Shown: one piece after another, positions 1 through 13,274 of the stretch
How positions within the stretch are numbered: the stretch's first letter is position 1
Layout of the letters: every line of letters begins with the position of its first letter
DNA from: Catajapyx aquilonaris
Taxonomy: Eukaryota
Length of the DNA: 34,085 bases
Assembly (NCBI GenBank): GCA_000934665.2
Contig: KZ539086.1
Span: forward strand, 1-34,085
Reading direction: 5' to 3'
Program-made: the position numbers and the translations under genes
Notes under the pieces: generated by a model
Database searches by the model: none
The model's input: only the letters and a program-made list of their open reading frames with translations
What the model was told of the DNA's origin: nothing

Positions 1-93
1 TTGCCAGGTAACGCACTACAACATAAGCAGCTTAGGCCGAATTTGTCAATAGCTGCGTGATAGCTGTTCGGACAAAAAAGTTGGACCACCCTG
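1..93. mobile_element. Right end of a Tc1/mariner-like element (rest outside window)
   Basis: Ends ...GGACCACCCTG|TA, the reverse complement of the TA-CAGGGTG terminus typical of mariner-type MITEs. Partner TIR not in window. Confidence 0.45.
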
Positions 94-102
94 TATATGG
101 GG

Positions 103-156
<54 letters not shown>

Positions 157-202
157 TTATTTTTATTGAGAATTATTATTATTTATTATTATTATTTTAT
201 TT
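103..202. repeat. (ATT)n microsatellite, degenerate toward 3' side (SINE tail)
   Basis: Direct reading of tandem ATT units. Confidence 0.95.
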
Positions 203-533
203 ACCCCGTGATACAACTACTTGGTCGTTATAGGGGGGTGGAAGACCACCATACAGCTTTCTTAGTATTTTTTTCTTCGAACTCCGGTGCAAGGAATACT
301 AGGAAATTGGGTAGGGGTTGGGGGGTTTGGGGAGGGGACACATGTGCAGGTGCATTGTCCAGCGGTGGGCCAGGTGCAGTCCCCCAGGAGGTCAGGTTGC
401 CAAGACGCCTCCTTAGGCGCGGGTCACGACCCAATGACGCAAGCGAAAGGTTTGCTCCCAGGTGGGGATTTGAACCTGGGACCTTTCGCATAGCAAGCCG
501 AGACGTTACCATCTCGGCCACCGTGCCTCCCCC
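203..533 (-). mobile_element. tRNA-derived SINE
   Basis: Minus strand begins GGGGGAGGCACGG, A-box TGGCCGAGATGG (509-520), B-box GGTTCAAATCC (466-476), then about 250 nt of non-tRNA body ending in an (AAT)n tail. Confidence 0.85.

Positions 534-614
<81 letters not shown>
534..614. repeat. Pure (ATT)n microsatellite
   Basis: Direct reading of about 27 tandem units. Confidence 0.97.
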
Positions 615-1693
615 CCCAGGTTTATAAATCCTCATGTGGGTGTCACCATGCACGCCACATGCAGTAAAATAGGCAGGAAGGTGAATATTTCACTTCGTAA
701 ATCTAGCTCGGCTTGAAAAATGACCACACGTGTGGAATACCCTGGAGCTTTCCGCAGGTCTTTCAATATCAATTTCTCATTGCCCATATGGCCCAGCACC
801 AAATAAGTTTGCAATTAAAACCTCCCGAATACTGCCCATAAATCTGTCTTATCGCACGATTTATCAGAAGACCCATGAAAATCCGAGCGTATAATCGGCC
901 AGAAGACACAGCACCCCCCCCCTCCCCCCCCCAAAAAAAAACCTCCCATTCACATCGAAACTTGTTGCATCCTTGAGGCAACACCATCTGAAGAATCCGC
1001 GAAAGAGAACTGCGAGCATCCTCCAGCAACGAAAACAAACTTCAACTCGCAAATCGAGAGAGGTTACTGAACGATTGGCCCGAATCCAAAAGTCTCTCGG
1101 GGGGTCAACTCCGGAACCAAATTCTTTTCCTAGCTTAAATTCATTGCCTTTGCCAAGGTCGGATTGAGGTATTTCACCGTCGAAACAAGGCCTCTCGAGT
1201 CTAACTATTTATATCCAGACGACCGTCTTTTTTACAAAATCGTTATTTCAGTCATGTATAGACTTCCTTCGAATTAAGAGCCTTCCCCCTCCGATGTCAT
1301 TGGACAAATATGGCGGATCATAAGCTTGAAAATGGTTGCCGAATGAGGAATTTACATCCGATGCAATATGGCACTTCAAGTTCTATAGACCGTAAAATGA
1401 AAAGCGGCAGAGTCTGGAGTTTCGGAAAGACCGTTACTAATAAATTTTAAAGCCACTTACGCCAACCCCTTTTGTTTCATTTGGATTGCACAAAAGGCTG
1501 GGGTACACAATCATTCCGTGTTTTAAGTGCAAAGTGTATTTCAGCTTTAAAATGCATTGTCGAGTTGCTTAGATCTTGCTTTAAAATTGTGCAGACCTGA
1601 AATTTTTGCTTTTGAGTCGATTTTCATAGTGTTAATTCATAGTTGATGGTGGAGGGGGCAGCCAGGGGGCTCGAAAAAACTCTTAGAGAACGG

Positions 1694-1731
1694 TTCTGTC
1701 TGTCTGTCTGTGTGTGTGTGTGTCTGTCTGT
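1694..1731. repeat. Compound (CTGT)n/(GT)n microsatellite
   Basis: Direct reading. Confidence 0.85.
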
Positions 1732-1747
1732 GGGCAGGTATCAGACA

Positions 1748-2031
1748 GCCGTCGCGCTGATGGTCTTGTGGTTAGAGCACTCGCCTCTAGACTCAAAGTT
1801 GTGGGTTCGAACCCGGCCGAGGTCGGTGACTTTTCTCCGGGTGGTAGAAAAATGAGAGTGCACCTTCCTTCCGAGGGGAAGTAAAGCCGTCGGTCCCGTG
1901 TGCTTGTGACATTGCGCGAGTACACGTTAAAGATCCCCAGAGTGGCCAAATTTCCAGGAGGAGGACCACCCCCTGGCGTCGGTGTTGAGCCTTAGCAGCA
2001 GAAATAGGCCGATGTTAAGCCCCCACTGATA
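1748..2031 (+). mobile_element. tRNA-derived SINE with Deu/Nin-like central domain
   Basis: A-box TGGTCTTGTGG (1761-1771), B-box GGTTCGAACCC (1804-1814). Central GGGGAAGTAAAGCCGTCGGTCCC...CACGTTAAAGATCCC. 12-bp TSD AGGTATCAGACA at 1736-1747 and 2032-2043. Confidence 0.9.
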
Positions 2032-2908
2032 AGGTATCAGACAAAGCCGTGCTATAAGACTTTTTCGATTTTCGGGTTCCGGGTTCACTCTATCCGCCCC
2101 TTCCCCCTGACCTCCCAGTCCCCCCACCGCCCCCNCCATTTCCCCCCTCCCAGTCCCGTGACTGACGTTGGAAACAATAGCAGTAAACATGAAAAAGTCT
2201 ACTCTAATCACGCTCACGTGATTTGCCAATCTTGTTTTGTTGACTTGCTTTTATTTCGGAAGGCGTCAAAGCAACTACCTCGCTATTTTACTTATTTAAT
2301 TTTAAAAAATTTGAATGATGTGGATTTGACGCACGTGCACGGATCAGCCAATGGGAATGAGCCAGGCGGGTCTCTAACCAATCATGGTCCCACTCTTCCT
2401 CTTGGCGTTTTATTTACCCAATGATACCCTGTACTGCCAACCGCTTGAGTCATTTGTTACACCTAATGATGCATTTTCACGATTCCCACTTGAGAACGAC
2501 AAGAATGCTTTTCTCCTCCTATATTTAGTCCTTTGGCAGTTAAAGGCTTGCTGACAGGGCTTCTTCTCAGCGGAAGAAAAACGGCACCAATACCGCTCTT
2601 CCGTGATCTGTGACGAAAAACTCGTCTTGTTTACACAAAGAAAACATCCGCCGCGGTATAAATACTTCACTACTCTCGTACTGCCAACACAATCGCAAAA
2701 AAATGAAGCAGTTGTGTGGTCCTTTAAAAATCTACTTCCACATAGCGATTTGTGGGCACTAAGATGCTTATTTTTAATCTGTTACTTTTATAGGATATCA
2801 AAGTGCTTTGGGTTGAATAAATATCTCAGACACTAGGACCGTTTTCTGAGCTTAAATTACTTCACCTGTGGCCCACATAATTTTTAAAAAACCACAATCA
2901 TTGGTGCA

Positions 2909-3270
2909 CTTACAAGGGAACGACCAAGGTCGATCGCCTCCGATTTGGTTGAAACTCGCTTGAGGAGTCACTCATGTGCGATAGACACAGTGGTGTAAGT
3001 TCTAGATGCCACTGTCCAGCCGTTTCCGAGATATGAGCGACAGAAACATCCGATATTTGACCGAGCGTAGCGTACAGGTATCGGGCGGGAAGGGACAATA
3101 AGGCCCCTATACGCGCGGCCAAAATGCGGATGTTTCTGTCACTCATATCTCGGAAACGGATGGATAGTGGCATCTAGGACTTTCACCACCGTGTCTATCG
3201 CATATGAGTGACCCCTCAAGCGAGTTTAAACCAAATCGGAGGCGACCGACCTTGGTCGTTCCTTTGTTAG
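2909..3270. mobile_element. Foldback MITE with ~150-bp terminal inverted repeats
   Basis: 2909-3065 is the imperfect reverse complement of 3115-3270 (e.g. GGAACGACCAAGGTCG / CGACCTTGGTCGTTCC). Flanks CA / TA suggest a TA target site. Confidence 0.9.
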
Positions 3271-3368
3271 TATTAATATTTGCTTCAAGTGTGGAAGTGT
3301 GGAACCTGGAATGAAGCGTTCAAGAATACAAAATTAATTTCGTGTGGTACAGCATACTATAAGTTTAG

Positions 3369-3601
3369 TAGGGCTGTGCGATATTTCGATACTGTACATC
3401 GACTGTCGATACGATATTTTCCTAATATCGAAGTTGCGATATCCGACGCTTGGCATGTGCGATGTATCGACTATCGCGATTTTTCGATGTCGGTTCGACG
3501 CGGTTCGATGTCGGTTTTTCGATTTTAGATATATCAACTTCGATTCGATATTTTTGGAGCATCTAAAGTCGATATGCAATTTCGGATATCGCACAGCCCT
3601 A
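3369..3601. mobile_element. hAT (Ac-like) MITE
   Basis: TIR TAGGGCTGTGCGATAT / ATATCGCACAGCCCTA. Interior packed with TCGAT/ATCGA subterminal motifs. Confidence 0.88.
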
Positions 3602-6600
3602 ACTATAAGTGCCGTAATGCTGCGAAATAAAAATGTACATCTGTGGAAAAGTGATTTCTACTGTTCTTCCTCTTCCTTCGCTCCATTCCCGCTAGTCATA
3701 AAATATTTACGAGATGTCCACTTTGTAAAATGCAGCATCACGTATTCTATCGCGAGAGACCTGCACTGCATCTTTTTTTTTTCTTCTTTCCTACAGTATA
3801 TACTATATACTGTAACTTATGCACTGCCTTTCATCGTATTTTTACCCTTCTTTCAACAACGCATAATAATGGTGTATAGTAACATGTCGGTGTGACGGTG
3901 CACCGGGACTATCTAATGGATGCAGTCCGTTGTTTAAAAAGAATATTAATGATGGTATCGATTTTCGCGTTACGATCATTTCATCCATCCTGTTGGAACC
4001 GGGGAAAAGCCAGGCAACAATGCAAATGCCAGGCACATAAATTATCACCAGTTGCAACCTTCGTTTACATTAATCGCAAATTTTAATTACATCAGATATG
4101 CCAAAACCACATTAAGTGGGTTTCAATGAAAGGTAATTGGACGTTGCGTGTCAGCCAAAACATAATCATATTAAATACTGAAAGCTTTAATAATTTCAGA
4201 CTTGAGGTTAAGTGGGCTCCCAAATCAAATTGCTCTATTCTACTGTAATTGTGAGGTATCTCTAGAATGATAGCAATTTAATAACTCATAACAGCCATCC
4301 AGTAGGTGTACAGTTTCACCACGTATTTTGTCCACTTGCCACTTGATCTCTAATCAATTTCCAATGTGGCCCTCACATTCCACAAGCTCCCCTCTAACCT
4401 TATCGCCATACTTTACTACACGTGCCAATGTGACATTGCACTAATCATTCTGCCCGAATTCCACGAATATTGTACAACCTATCCAAAAATTAGTCTAGTA
4501 TTTGCAAATATTCCCCCCCCCCTCCCCCCATTAGAACATTGAGTGGTAAATCGGTTGTCATTTAAGTGTATTTTAAACTTCCAACCAACTCTCACCATTT
4601 GGACAGAAACAAATTGCTTCCTGTAACTCAAGGTGTCCCGATGCAGAATAACCAATCATTCTAAGTCTAGCCTTTCTTTCTACCTCATCCACAAGCTGAG
4701 AAAGAGAAGAGTCAAAGAAGAAGAAAAAAAATGCTCCCACTCCTGGGACTTTTCCTGAGTTTTGTTATTCTTCAGGAGGCGTTGGAACTGCAGCCCTTTC
4801 AGCCAGAAAGAGAGCAAGTCCGGAACGAAAAAGGGCATAGGATAGAAATGGTGGTCTTAGGTCAACACGACCCCCCCGTTTTTTGAGAGGATCACTCGAG
4901 ACCAAAGAGTTGACAAATTCGAAGAGTGGCAGTGTTGCCAACCTTACATTAAAACAACCTGACTCTGCATAAATCAGTGAGGTCCATCGTATACAGTTAG
5001 TTGCCCATCTAATAACTCATTTAACGAGTTCTTCGTCTAGGAAAAAAAAACAATAACTGCATTATTTATGTCCGCCTTCATCCCCAACTTCGCTGCATAA
5101 ATATCTGATAATGACGGCCATGATTCAAAATGGCGGAGACCGCCCTTTTCTTATACCCTAGGCCTGATCCAGCGACGTATAATTAAAAGAGCCATATCTT
5201 GAGAGCCTGAGAGCAGTTTGCGGTTAGAACAAAAGGGAGGAGGGAGGATTGGGGGGGGGGGGGNGGGGGATGTCGTCAACATTAATTTGAGCCTGATATT
5301 TCAAGCTGCATAAATTCAGAGCACATTTTTTTTTGAAAACCTATTTAATTTCAAGGCTCCTACTTTATTTTGTACAAAATTCATGATATGGTCGCCCCTC
5401 TCGCGAACGCAATCAAACGTTTCGTTTCGGAAATGGAGCCCTCCGTGGAGGTTTCTGGTCTCCAAACAGAAACCAGAATGAGAAAAGTCATCCGGAGAAA
5501 AGAGCTGTAAATTATTCAGACTGAGTTCGAGTGGTTTTCAGCCAGCTAACTACACAGAGCCGCAGTTCACTGGTCATTTCCTCGAAGCGCTAACTCTAGA
5601 GTTAATTCATTTGGATTCTACTTGTACAAAAAAAAAAAAAGAGGCGCCATCTACAGTGCTCATTGGCAACTAGAATTGTTTGAGTTTCTAAATCGGATCC
5701 AGTGGGAGAGATCTCTGTGATGAATCTCTGCGGTGTGGAAGCAAATACCGTGACAATGGAGCCGGTTCATTTTTCATGGCCCGCAATCGGTTTCTGTACG
5801 TGCTCCCCTAAAACCGCAACAAAGATCGATTTCGCAGTGAACTGCTGATGCAGCTGTCCACAAATTAAAGGTGAAAACTACTTCTAGCTAAAAGCCTGAC
5901 TTACAAAATGCCTGTCCACAATAATACTGCGCCGATGCGTCATTTAGGATCGTTCTGACGTAGTAGCGTGACGCACGTATCAAAAAATACTGCAAATACC
6001 AGGCACGTGTCAAACCACTTGAATATATTGCCCATACTCAAACGTGAGCAGGACTTAAAATGATGCTTTTCAAAAATATAGTAGGACGTGACAAAGAGGG
6101 TAGTGCATTATTTCTGTAAGGTCCATATTGTTTGGTTTCTCCTTCAAGAAGCTTGTTATATGGATGGTCGTTTTCACAATCCCATTTCACTCCATCTTTC
6201 TTTGGAGGAGGTACTACAGGACAACCGAGTAATTTGGAGACGCGAACCACATGGGTCGTTTCTCACGCTCACATCACGAACCAGGTGTACACAAGTTACC
6301 TGAGGCTGGACTATCATGCTCATTTAGAATTCCATCATGCTTACAAACTGGACTGAAAAAAGTATGGTCGTGTGTCCTAATACGACGTTAGAGCTGTGAC
6401 GTTAATGATTACAAATGGAATTAGGTTTTAATTGAATTTGCGGTGCCCAAGCAATGCATAAATATATTAAAATGTTTGATCATTTATGGATCTTATATAG
6501 CCCTGCTCATTTCGAGGAGAGGCACGCGATGGAGCATCGTAGGCTTTCCCACGTGTCCCCCAAGGCGTTTTCCTGATGTCAGTGTTGAATAACCTGGGAG

Positions 6601-7463
6601 TTACATTTGTGGAATGAAGCGATAATATGATGGGAACAAGAATGGTGTTCTTAAAGTGAACCCTGCATGGATCGAGCCTTTCGTTTAAGTTGCTGTTTTC
6701 CATGTTCCAGATAATGGTGATACTATAATAACTGACTGGATATCGACCAGTAAACTATGGGTGTGGCGAATGGGTGAAGGAGCTACGGAATATTAGAATG
6801 CATATCACATATGCAAGAACATTTCGGCGCTATTTGGCTTAAGTGGTCACCAAAGATAATGACAAATAATTTTATTCACAAAAATGATCACTTTTATTAC
6901 TACTGAGGACCACTGAGCAAATTCAACATACCGAGTAGTCCTAGGGGGCCCAAAGCACGCTTGTACTTTCTGACGGTGAAATGGGTACAGTTGATGGCCT
7001 TTTATGGCCCTCTATAGACGCATTACGAACACTACTTGTAGCACGATACCTACTGACATAGTACAGCATGTCTTCGCACCTGTGGGGGCCTTGGCGAATC
7101 TTTGTGGCAACGTACCATAAGACTCTCAGACTTTCCTCCAGGTTGGTTGGCAGAAAGGAAGAGTCGCCCACAACCTGTCAGTGGGCGTTGTTGCTAACAA
7201 TACGTGAAAGAGATATCTAAATTAAGTGTATAATGAAAGGCGTAATATGGAAGGATGAGATGCCACATAAATGCCCTGGAAATTCCCATCGACAACCTGT
7301 CGCGCTGAAGACATCGAAATCACATGCCTCGTCATGCTTCATTTCGATGTCGGCCTTGAAAACATCCTTTTTTACATGGCATGTAAGGATATCGATGTAG
7401 GCTACTACATTTGTCCAACTTCTTCTCCATGACGTCTCCATAACGTTGGATGCAGGATGTATA

Positions 7464-7613
7464 CTATCGGGTTCAAATACTTTTGGCCACTTTATCCTGG
7501 TCATGAAGCAACCCTTCACACACACACACACACACCTCCTTAACGTGGCGTATATATGCGAAGGGTTGCTTCAAGACCAGGATCAAGTGGCCAAAAGTAT
7601 TTGAACCCGATAG
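7464..7613. mobile_element. Tc1/mariner-like MITE, family A copy 1
   Basis: TA flanks; ~55-bp TIR CTATCGGGTTCAAATACTTTTGGCCACTTTATCCTGGTC; internal (CA)n. Confidence 0.92.
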
Positions 7614-10600
7614 TACTTGCAATAGCTTTAGACTGATGTCTTAACAAAGTTGGGTGGATATGTCCCTTTATCGTCAATTTTTCCATGCTTAGAAAATACG
7701 CCATGTCACTGTCATGGCGCAACATCACCTCGACGCTGATATTTGTGACAAATGGACGGTGGATTCATGTCACTTGTCAACATAATTTCAACACATTTTT
7801 ACGGTCATATGTGGACGACTTTTACACGTGTCATAGATGTCACTATTCCGCCCTTTTTATAAAAATATTCTTCCACATATTGGGGTCCACTTCAAAATAT
7901 GCGTCACCATAACAATAATATGATTCTGGTTGACAACGAGCCTTCCTTGGTGACCTTTTACGAATATTCTATGTACTCTACAAAGTTCAAAAACCTGACA
8001 GAAAATATTACTACGTCCAGGCTTTCCGCCCTATTAATTCATTTCCCGCCTAACTCCTTTCGAAAGTCGTAGCTTTTGATAGACTATTTTCAACCGCCAT
8101 ATTGGATAGATCCCAGAGCCAACCACCGGCGAACAGAGGAGCACTAAAATCATGTGTGAGCAACGACAAACTTACGGACACTTGATATTCCTCTCACATA
8201 TTTGAGTGAATGAAAACGCGTCATTCTGAGACGTGCAGTGTTCCCATGAAGAAAACAACTTGATTTCGTTCCATCCCCATTGAAAGAGGGGAGTAGGTCA
8301 AGCCGAAAAAAAGTCTCGTACATGTGACAATAAGGCCTGTTGCATCCCTGAAGCTGCATCCTCAACCGACGGTTTATGTACCCTTTTACAGTGTGTTAGC
8401 AGAACTAAACTTACTAATTAAATGATAGATAAATCCCTTAATACGATAAAATCGCTATCCACTTCGGAACATTCACTTGGAACACAGTATTCAGAAAAGA
8501 CGTACAACAGACGTAAGTGCAGGATAATGAATTGCAAGGTCCTGGATGAGGAGGGAAACATTATTTCCCACATACCTCTACACACTGTCATTTACATAAA
8601 AAATTGAATCCAACGACATGAGCGAGTAAATGGGTATTTTTAATGCGAGTAATCTGTCCAGGTAAGCCCGTAATTAGCATGTAGTGCCAAAACATGGCAG
8701 GCCGATGATGGCATGAAAGTTGCTGGTTGTCCAGGTTACTGTCTGCTTGCCAATTTCCAAAGTTGAAAAATGTGGAAACTGTTGGAAACAGATAGGGTTG
8801 CCAAAATTTTGCAAGGTACATTAACAATAATCCCACACAGCAGAGTGGGACATGTACAGTACTGTACGTCGAATGGGTTCCAATTAAAGTGCCTGTTTTT
8901 ATTGGTGATATTTTATTGTGAAACAGTTTTGAAAAGTTATACTTTAGAAGCTCTAGATGCTAAAATTAAGTGGAATAGACGCATCTTTTTCACAAAATGT
9001 TGTGGATCTAACTTGGGGGGGNGGGAATGCAATAGGGTCAATGTGAGTTTTAGGAAATGTCATACGCTCATGGCCTCAAAATTTAGTATACGCTACCAAG
9101 CATTACAATCTGATAGGCCCTATGTTGTAACTATACAACAGGTAACTATTCGAAACTCCTAGATATAAGCATCATAGTGCAAAAAACCGCACAAAATGAA
9201 ACCGCCGTCTCAATTAGAACCCACTACTCTATAATATGGTATTTGCGACATGGAATTATTGTTAATGTACCTCGTTAAAAAAAATTCAACTCTGTATTTT
9301 CCCAGCAGGTTTCGGTATATTTCATCCTCTGGAAAGTGACCTCGACTTTCAGGCCATTATCGGCCTGCCATGTTTTGGCACTGCAAGTTAATAATCGGTC
9401 TACCTGGGCATAATAATCGCATTAAAAATACCTCCTTTGTCTGGGGCTTGTCGCTGCATTCAATTTTTTTTTTTTGTAAATCGAGGGTGTCGAGGGATGT
9501 TGTAACTTCATATTTTTCCCACATCCACGACCTTGTAATTAGGGTATGAAATTCCCATTTTGACGTAAGCAAAAGGTCTGAGGTGACATGAGTGCGTCAG
9601 AGTTTCGGTGCAAAAACGTGACAAATATTGAAGCTGATTTAAATAGGATTGGCCCCATTATTTTTCCCTAGCGGAAAGGAGTTTTCCTGGTGTCCTCGAA
9701 CATATCTATTTTTTGTAATTTCTTTGAAATTTTTAACAAGTAATCAGTACGTCTAATAACGGGGATATTCTGCAATATTATTTATGGCAAGAAATGCATG
9801 ACGACTTCCCTTTGAAATATCAATATAATCACGGGATCCGAAAACACAATATTAAGAGAGGTCATTAATTTTAATATCTGATTTATTGGTTGGACGTATA
9901 TAATTATGACCTATGCCCAATTTACCCGAAATTTGTTAAAATTTATTTAAAGAAAGGCCATCGACTGACATGCACTGCACGTAATAAAGGCATCGGTTTT
10001 ATTGTGCATAAGATGACGTCCACAAGGCTGGCCAATCAGCTTGCCTTTTGAGTTTTGGTGGGTCTCTAGCTTATTCTAACAACGCATACTGCCCTCTAGA
10101 GCATTTGGCGCATTTCTCGGGGACGATGCAGTAGTCCACCCTGAGTACGTGAACATTATGTGGGAACGCTAACACTCATTTCTGGTCTTCTGGACAAGAC
10201 CACAGGCATGTGGGAAATTGCCTTGCGAACTAGGCCATCCTTACTAAACACCTTCCATTTACAGAAAGTCTTCTAGGTACAAAACAGTCCATACCTAGGA
10301 TCGATGAGACGAGTTAAAGCAGTGACATTGTACGTAGAACCCATTTTGAACAAGTCAGACCTGACTTCACACGATATTTCTCGTCTCTCACCCGGACAAA
10401 AGTTGTGCAGTTCAAACTCAAGTTCAAGACAGGTCTTGGATGTGTTTAATTTCCGTCACATGAAATCCTACTCTCTCGTCAGGAAAATACTGTATAACTC
10501 CCACAGTAAGAGCTCCATTCAGATGGGTGTCCACAATGTTATTTACACGTCAGTTGTTAGTGGCCTTCGGATCTACTGCAATTTTCTTAATTAAAAATCA

Positions 10601-10765
10601 GTAGTGAGAAATTGTGGTCTGTCCAAAATAATAGCGTATTTACTTCATTGTATGTAACTATTATTTTTAAATGACGTTTCTACTAGGTGTTTCTGATGGT
10701 CCTGTCCAATAGTTTGGCTATACTACATTGCTGGACATTCCCTAGCGTCATTTTCCGACAGACGT

Positions 10766-10930
10766 GCAAATCGAAGTGATAGAGTGCGAGCCGTGCGAGT
10801 AAGAAATGGGAGCCCTTGGTGACGTCACTGGCTGGGGGACAAGCTCCATTCCCCCCCCCCCCACCGGTGACGTCACTCAAGGTCTACCTCTTCTTACTCG
10901 CACGGCTCACACTCTATCACTTCGATTTGC
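10766..10930. repeat. Inverted repeat / probable MITE core with a CRE in each arm
   Basis: GCAAATCGAAGTGATAGAGTGCGAGCCGTGCGAGTAAGAA pairs with TTCTTACTCGCACGGCTCACACTCTATCACTTCGATTTGC. TGACGTCA at 10820 and 10868. Confidence 0.8.
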
Positions 10931-11110
10931 CCTTCTGCCGCATCAGCAAATGCCGCAAGCAGTATGACGCAATTAATTTTCAACACTGCACCTACCACTG
11001 GGCACTGTTTTTTGTTTGTTTGTTTGTTTGTTTTGGGGGGGGGGGATGGGGGTTCCGAGGATTTTTTTCCCAAAGACCCGGAATATTTTATGAAAAATCT
11101 GCACATATTA

Positions 11111-11686
11111 CAGTTGAATCCGGATATAACAGCCTCTGCTGTAACAGACTTTTGGTTATAACAAACTAGAAAGGTTAGTCCCGCCATTACGTCCATAGGA
11201 CACTGTGTATTTTTACTTTTGATATAACATACTAATTTTCACCTCTACTTGGCTATAACAGTCAATTTTTCGGCCCCTTCAAGGGAAAAATATGATATTT
11301 TTGAATACTCATTTTCCTTTCCCACGTCCGTCAGGAAAGCATTGCATACCGGAGCGGGGGTGATGATTTTCCCACCTGTCACTGATCTCGCACTTGTCGA
11401 AAAGGTCAAAATCACTCTTTTTTTGGTACATTTGGCAAGAACGAGACAGAATTGAAGAAAACGACAGATACTTTTTGGTCCTGCCTAAGTTATGGGAGAG
11501 CTAATTTTGAATTTTTGCGGATAGTTTCATTAATAAAGGCAGTAGTGTGCCTTATAGGTATATGGAAAGCAGAAAACTTTGTACTGTATATTCCTTGCAA
11601 AAATGGCGAGTTGGCTACAACAGACTTCAGTTATAACATACTGATTTCCTCGGTCCCTTGGAGTCTGTTATATCAGGATTCAACTG
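11111..11686. mobile_element. pogo/Tigger-like non-autonomous element
   Basis: TA|CAGTTGAATCCGGATATAACAG ... CTGTTATATCAGGATTCAACTG|TA, with repeated TATAACA subterminal motifs. Confidence 0.88.
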
Positions 11687-12945
11687 TATTTACTTTCCAA
11701 ATATTTTATTAGAAAATCTGTCGTATAAACTAATCATCAATCCTGGACATCACTATCACTACTACTTTGTCACTTTTTTTTGCTAGAACCAGCTTCCACA
11801 GCAGTAGAAGTGCTGCAGGATTTTAAAAAAATTAGTTTTAAAATTACTTGTCATCAAATCAATTTTTTCCATGTAATGTAATACGATGTTCAAGTCAATA
11901 TGATTTGTCACTTTATAATTCATACAACTTTAGAACAACTTTATAATGTGCATAAAAGCCCACATAATTGTGAAAAAGTGAATATGTTAGGAGAAAATCC
12001 ATATTTCCCCAAACAAGGTTTTTTATGGCAGTCAAAATTTCCATTTTTTTTGTGCAACACTACAATGTACAGTCACATGAAGACCTATCAGTACGAGGTG
12101 GCTAACGTAGAGCAAATTGGGCACACAGACAGAGCTGTTTCTCTATGGTATTACTACTCTATGGCATATAGCTGGTCGATTCTGGTTTGAACCTTGAAAA
12201 AGTGAAAACCCATACAAATATTCATCTCTCCATATGTTGTACCACTCTTGGTTGTACTCACCTATATTTGAACACGTACTGCGATAGTACAGCTCCAAAT
12301 CTGAAGCACTCGCCTACGCAGCAGGTTGATTGGCCTTTTCAGGACACAAGCATGGCTACAGGTGGCTACAATTACACTCCGTGACACCGACGTGCAGCTG
12401 ACACAACCCAAGGGACGTCTCTCCACAATGCTTTCTCTGTCCAAAAATTTTGTATAGTTAGACCTGTTTCTTTACATAATGGAAGCCATGTTGGTACAGT
12501 CCCTGCGCAACTAGCCAACTACGTTTTATTTGACGTTGTGCTATTTAGAGTATGTTCAGTAAGTGCTTGAGGGCAATGTGAAAAAATAGCACCTGCGTGA
12601 TTAGTTTATATTATCACCATGTAATGGTGACCAAGAATCGAAATAATCTGTAGGCATATCAGCCAAAAATGCAGCTCCAAGGTGGACCACGAACTGATAA
12701 AAAATGCAATTTTTTAGTAACGTTTTACTCACTAATGCAGGGCCGTGTTAATGAGAAGGTCACTAGAGGCCACGAGTTAGGGCAGCATAATTTTTAGAGT
12801 GGCAAAATTTTCAAAGGAAAGTACATGTATATGATTAATTAAGTAGGGTTCAACCTTTCTCCTTTCTCCCTTGACTTTTAGCGTAATATTAATTTCCCAC
12901 TATTGTTCCCACTATTATTAATTTTCTTCTTTACTTATTATAGTA

Positions 12946-13274
12946 CTAGCTGCGGCACCCGGCGTTGCCCGGGAAGAAATGAATGAAGGGAAAACACCTG
13001 CTAGTACCCCCGTCAACTGTCCGTCTTTCTGTGTGTCCGCCCACCAATGCCATCTGTGGTCCTGCTACTCCAACACCTTGAACCTCTCCCGCCTGTATAA
13101 CGCCAACCGTCATTTGCTTGCCATCTGTAGTCAACCCCCAACACCTCCATCCTCTCCCGGCCTGGGGGTGAAGCATAGATGGCAGGCAAATGACGGTTGG
13201 CAGGCGGACAGACAGACAGAGAGGCAGACAGACAGACTCACAATGTCACAAACGACTTTATTAATATTAATTGA
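12946..13274 (-). mobile_element. Non-autonomous Helitron (Lep1-like architecture)
   Basis: Minus strand: 5' TC start with AT-rich head, (CTGT)n microsatellite (13208-13237), 3' GC hairpin CCCGGGCAACGCCGGG and terminal CTAG followed by T. Confidence 0.75.

Noticed and set aside
97..653. ORFs 97..627 and 228..653 with poly-Ile
   Set aside because: Artefacts of (ATT)n microsatellites flanking a SINE.
769..1052. Possible degenerate THAP/transposase fragment on the minus strand
   Set aside because: Only vague Cys spacing; no C2CH or catalytic motifs recoverable.
3344..3895. 183-aa ORF
   Set aside because: Runs through a hAT MITE and AT-rich DNA; no recognisable domain.
4731..4886. 51-aa ORF with hydrophobic N-terminus (MLPLLGLFLSFVILQEAL...)
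   Set aside because: Signal-peptide-like start but no promoter, splice or homology support; expected by chance.
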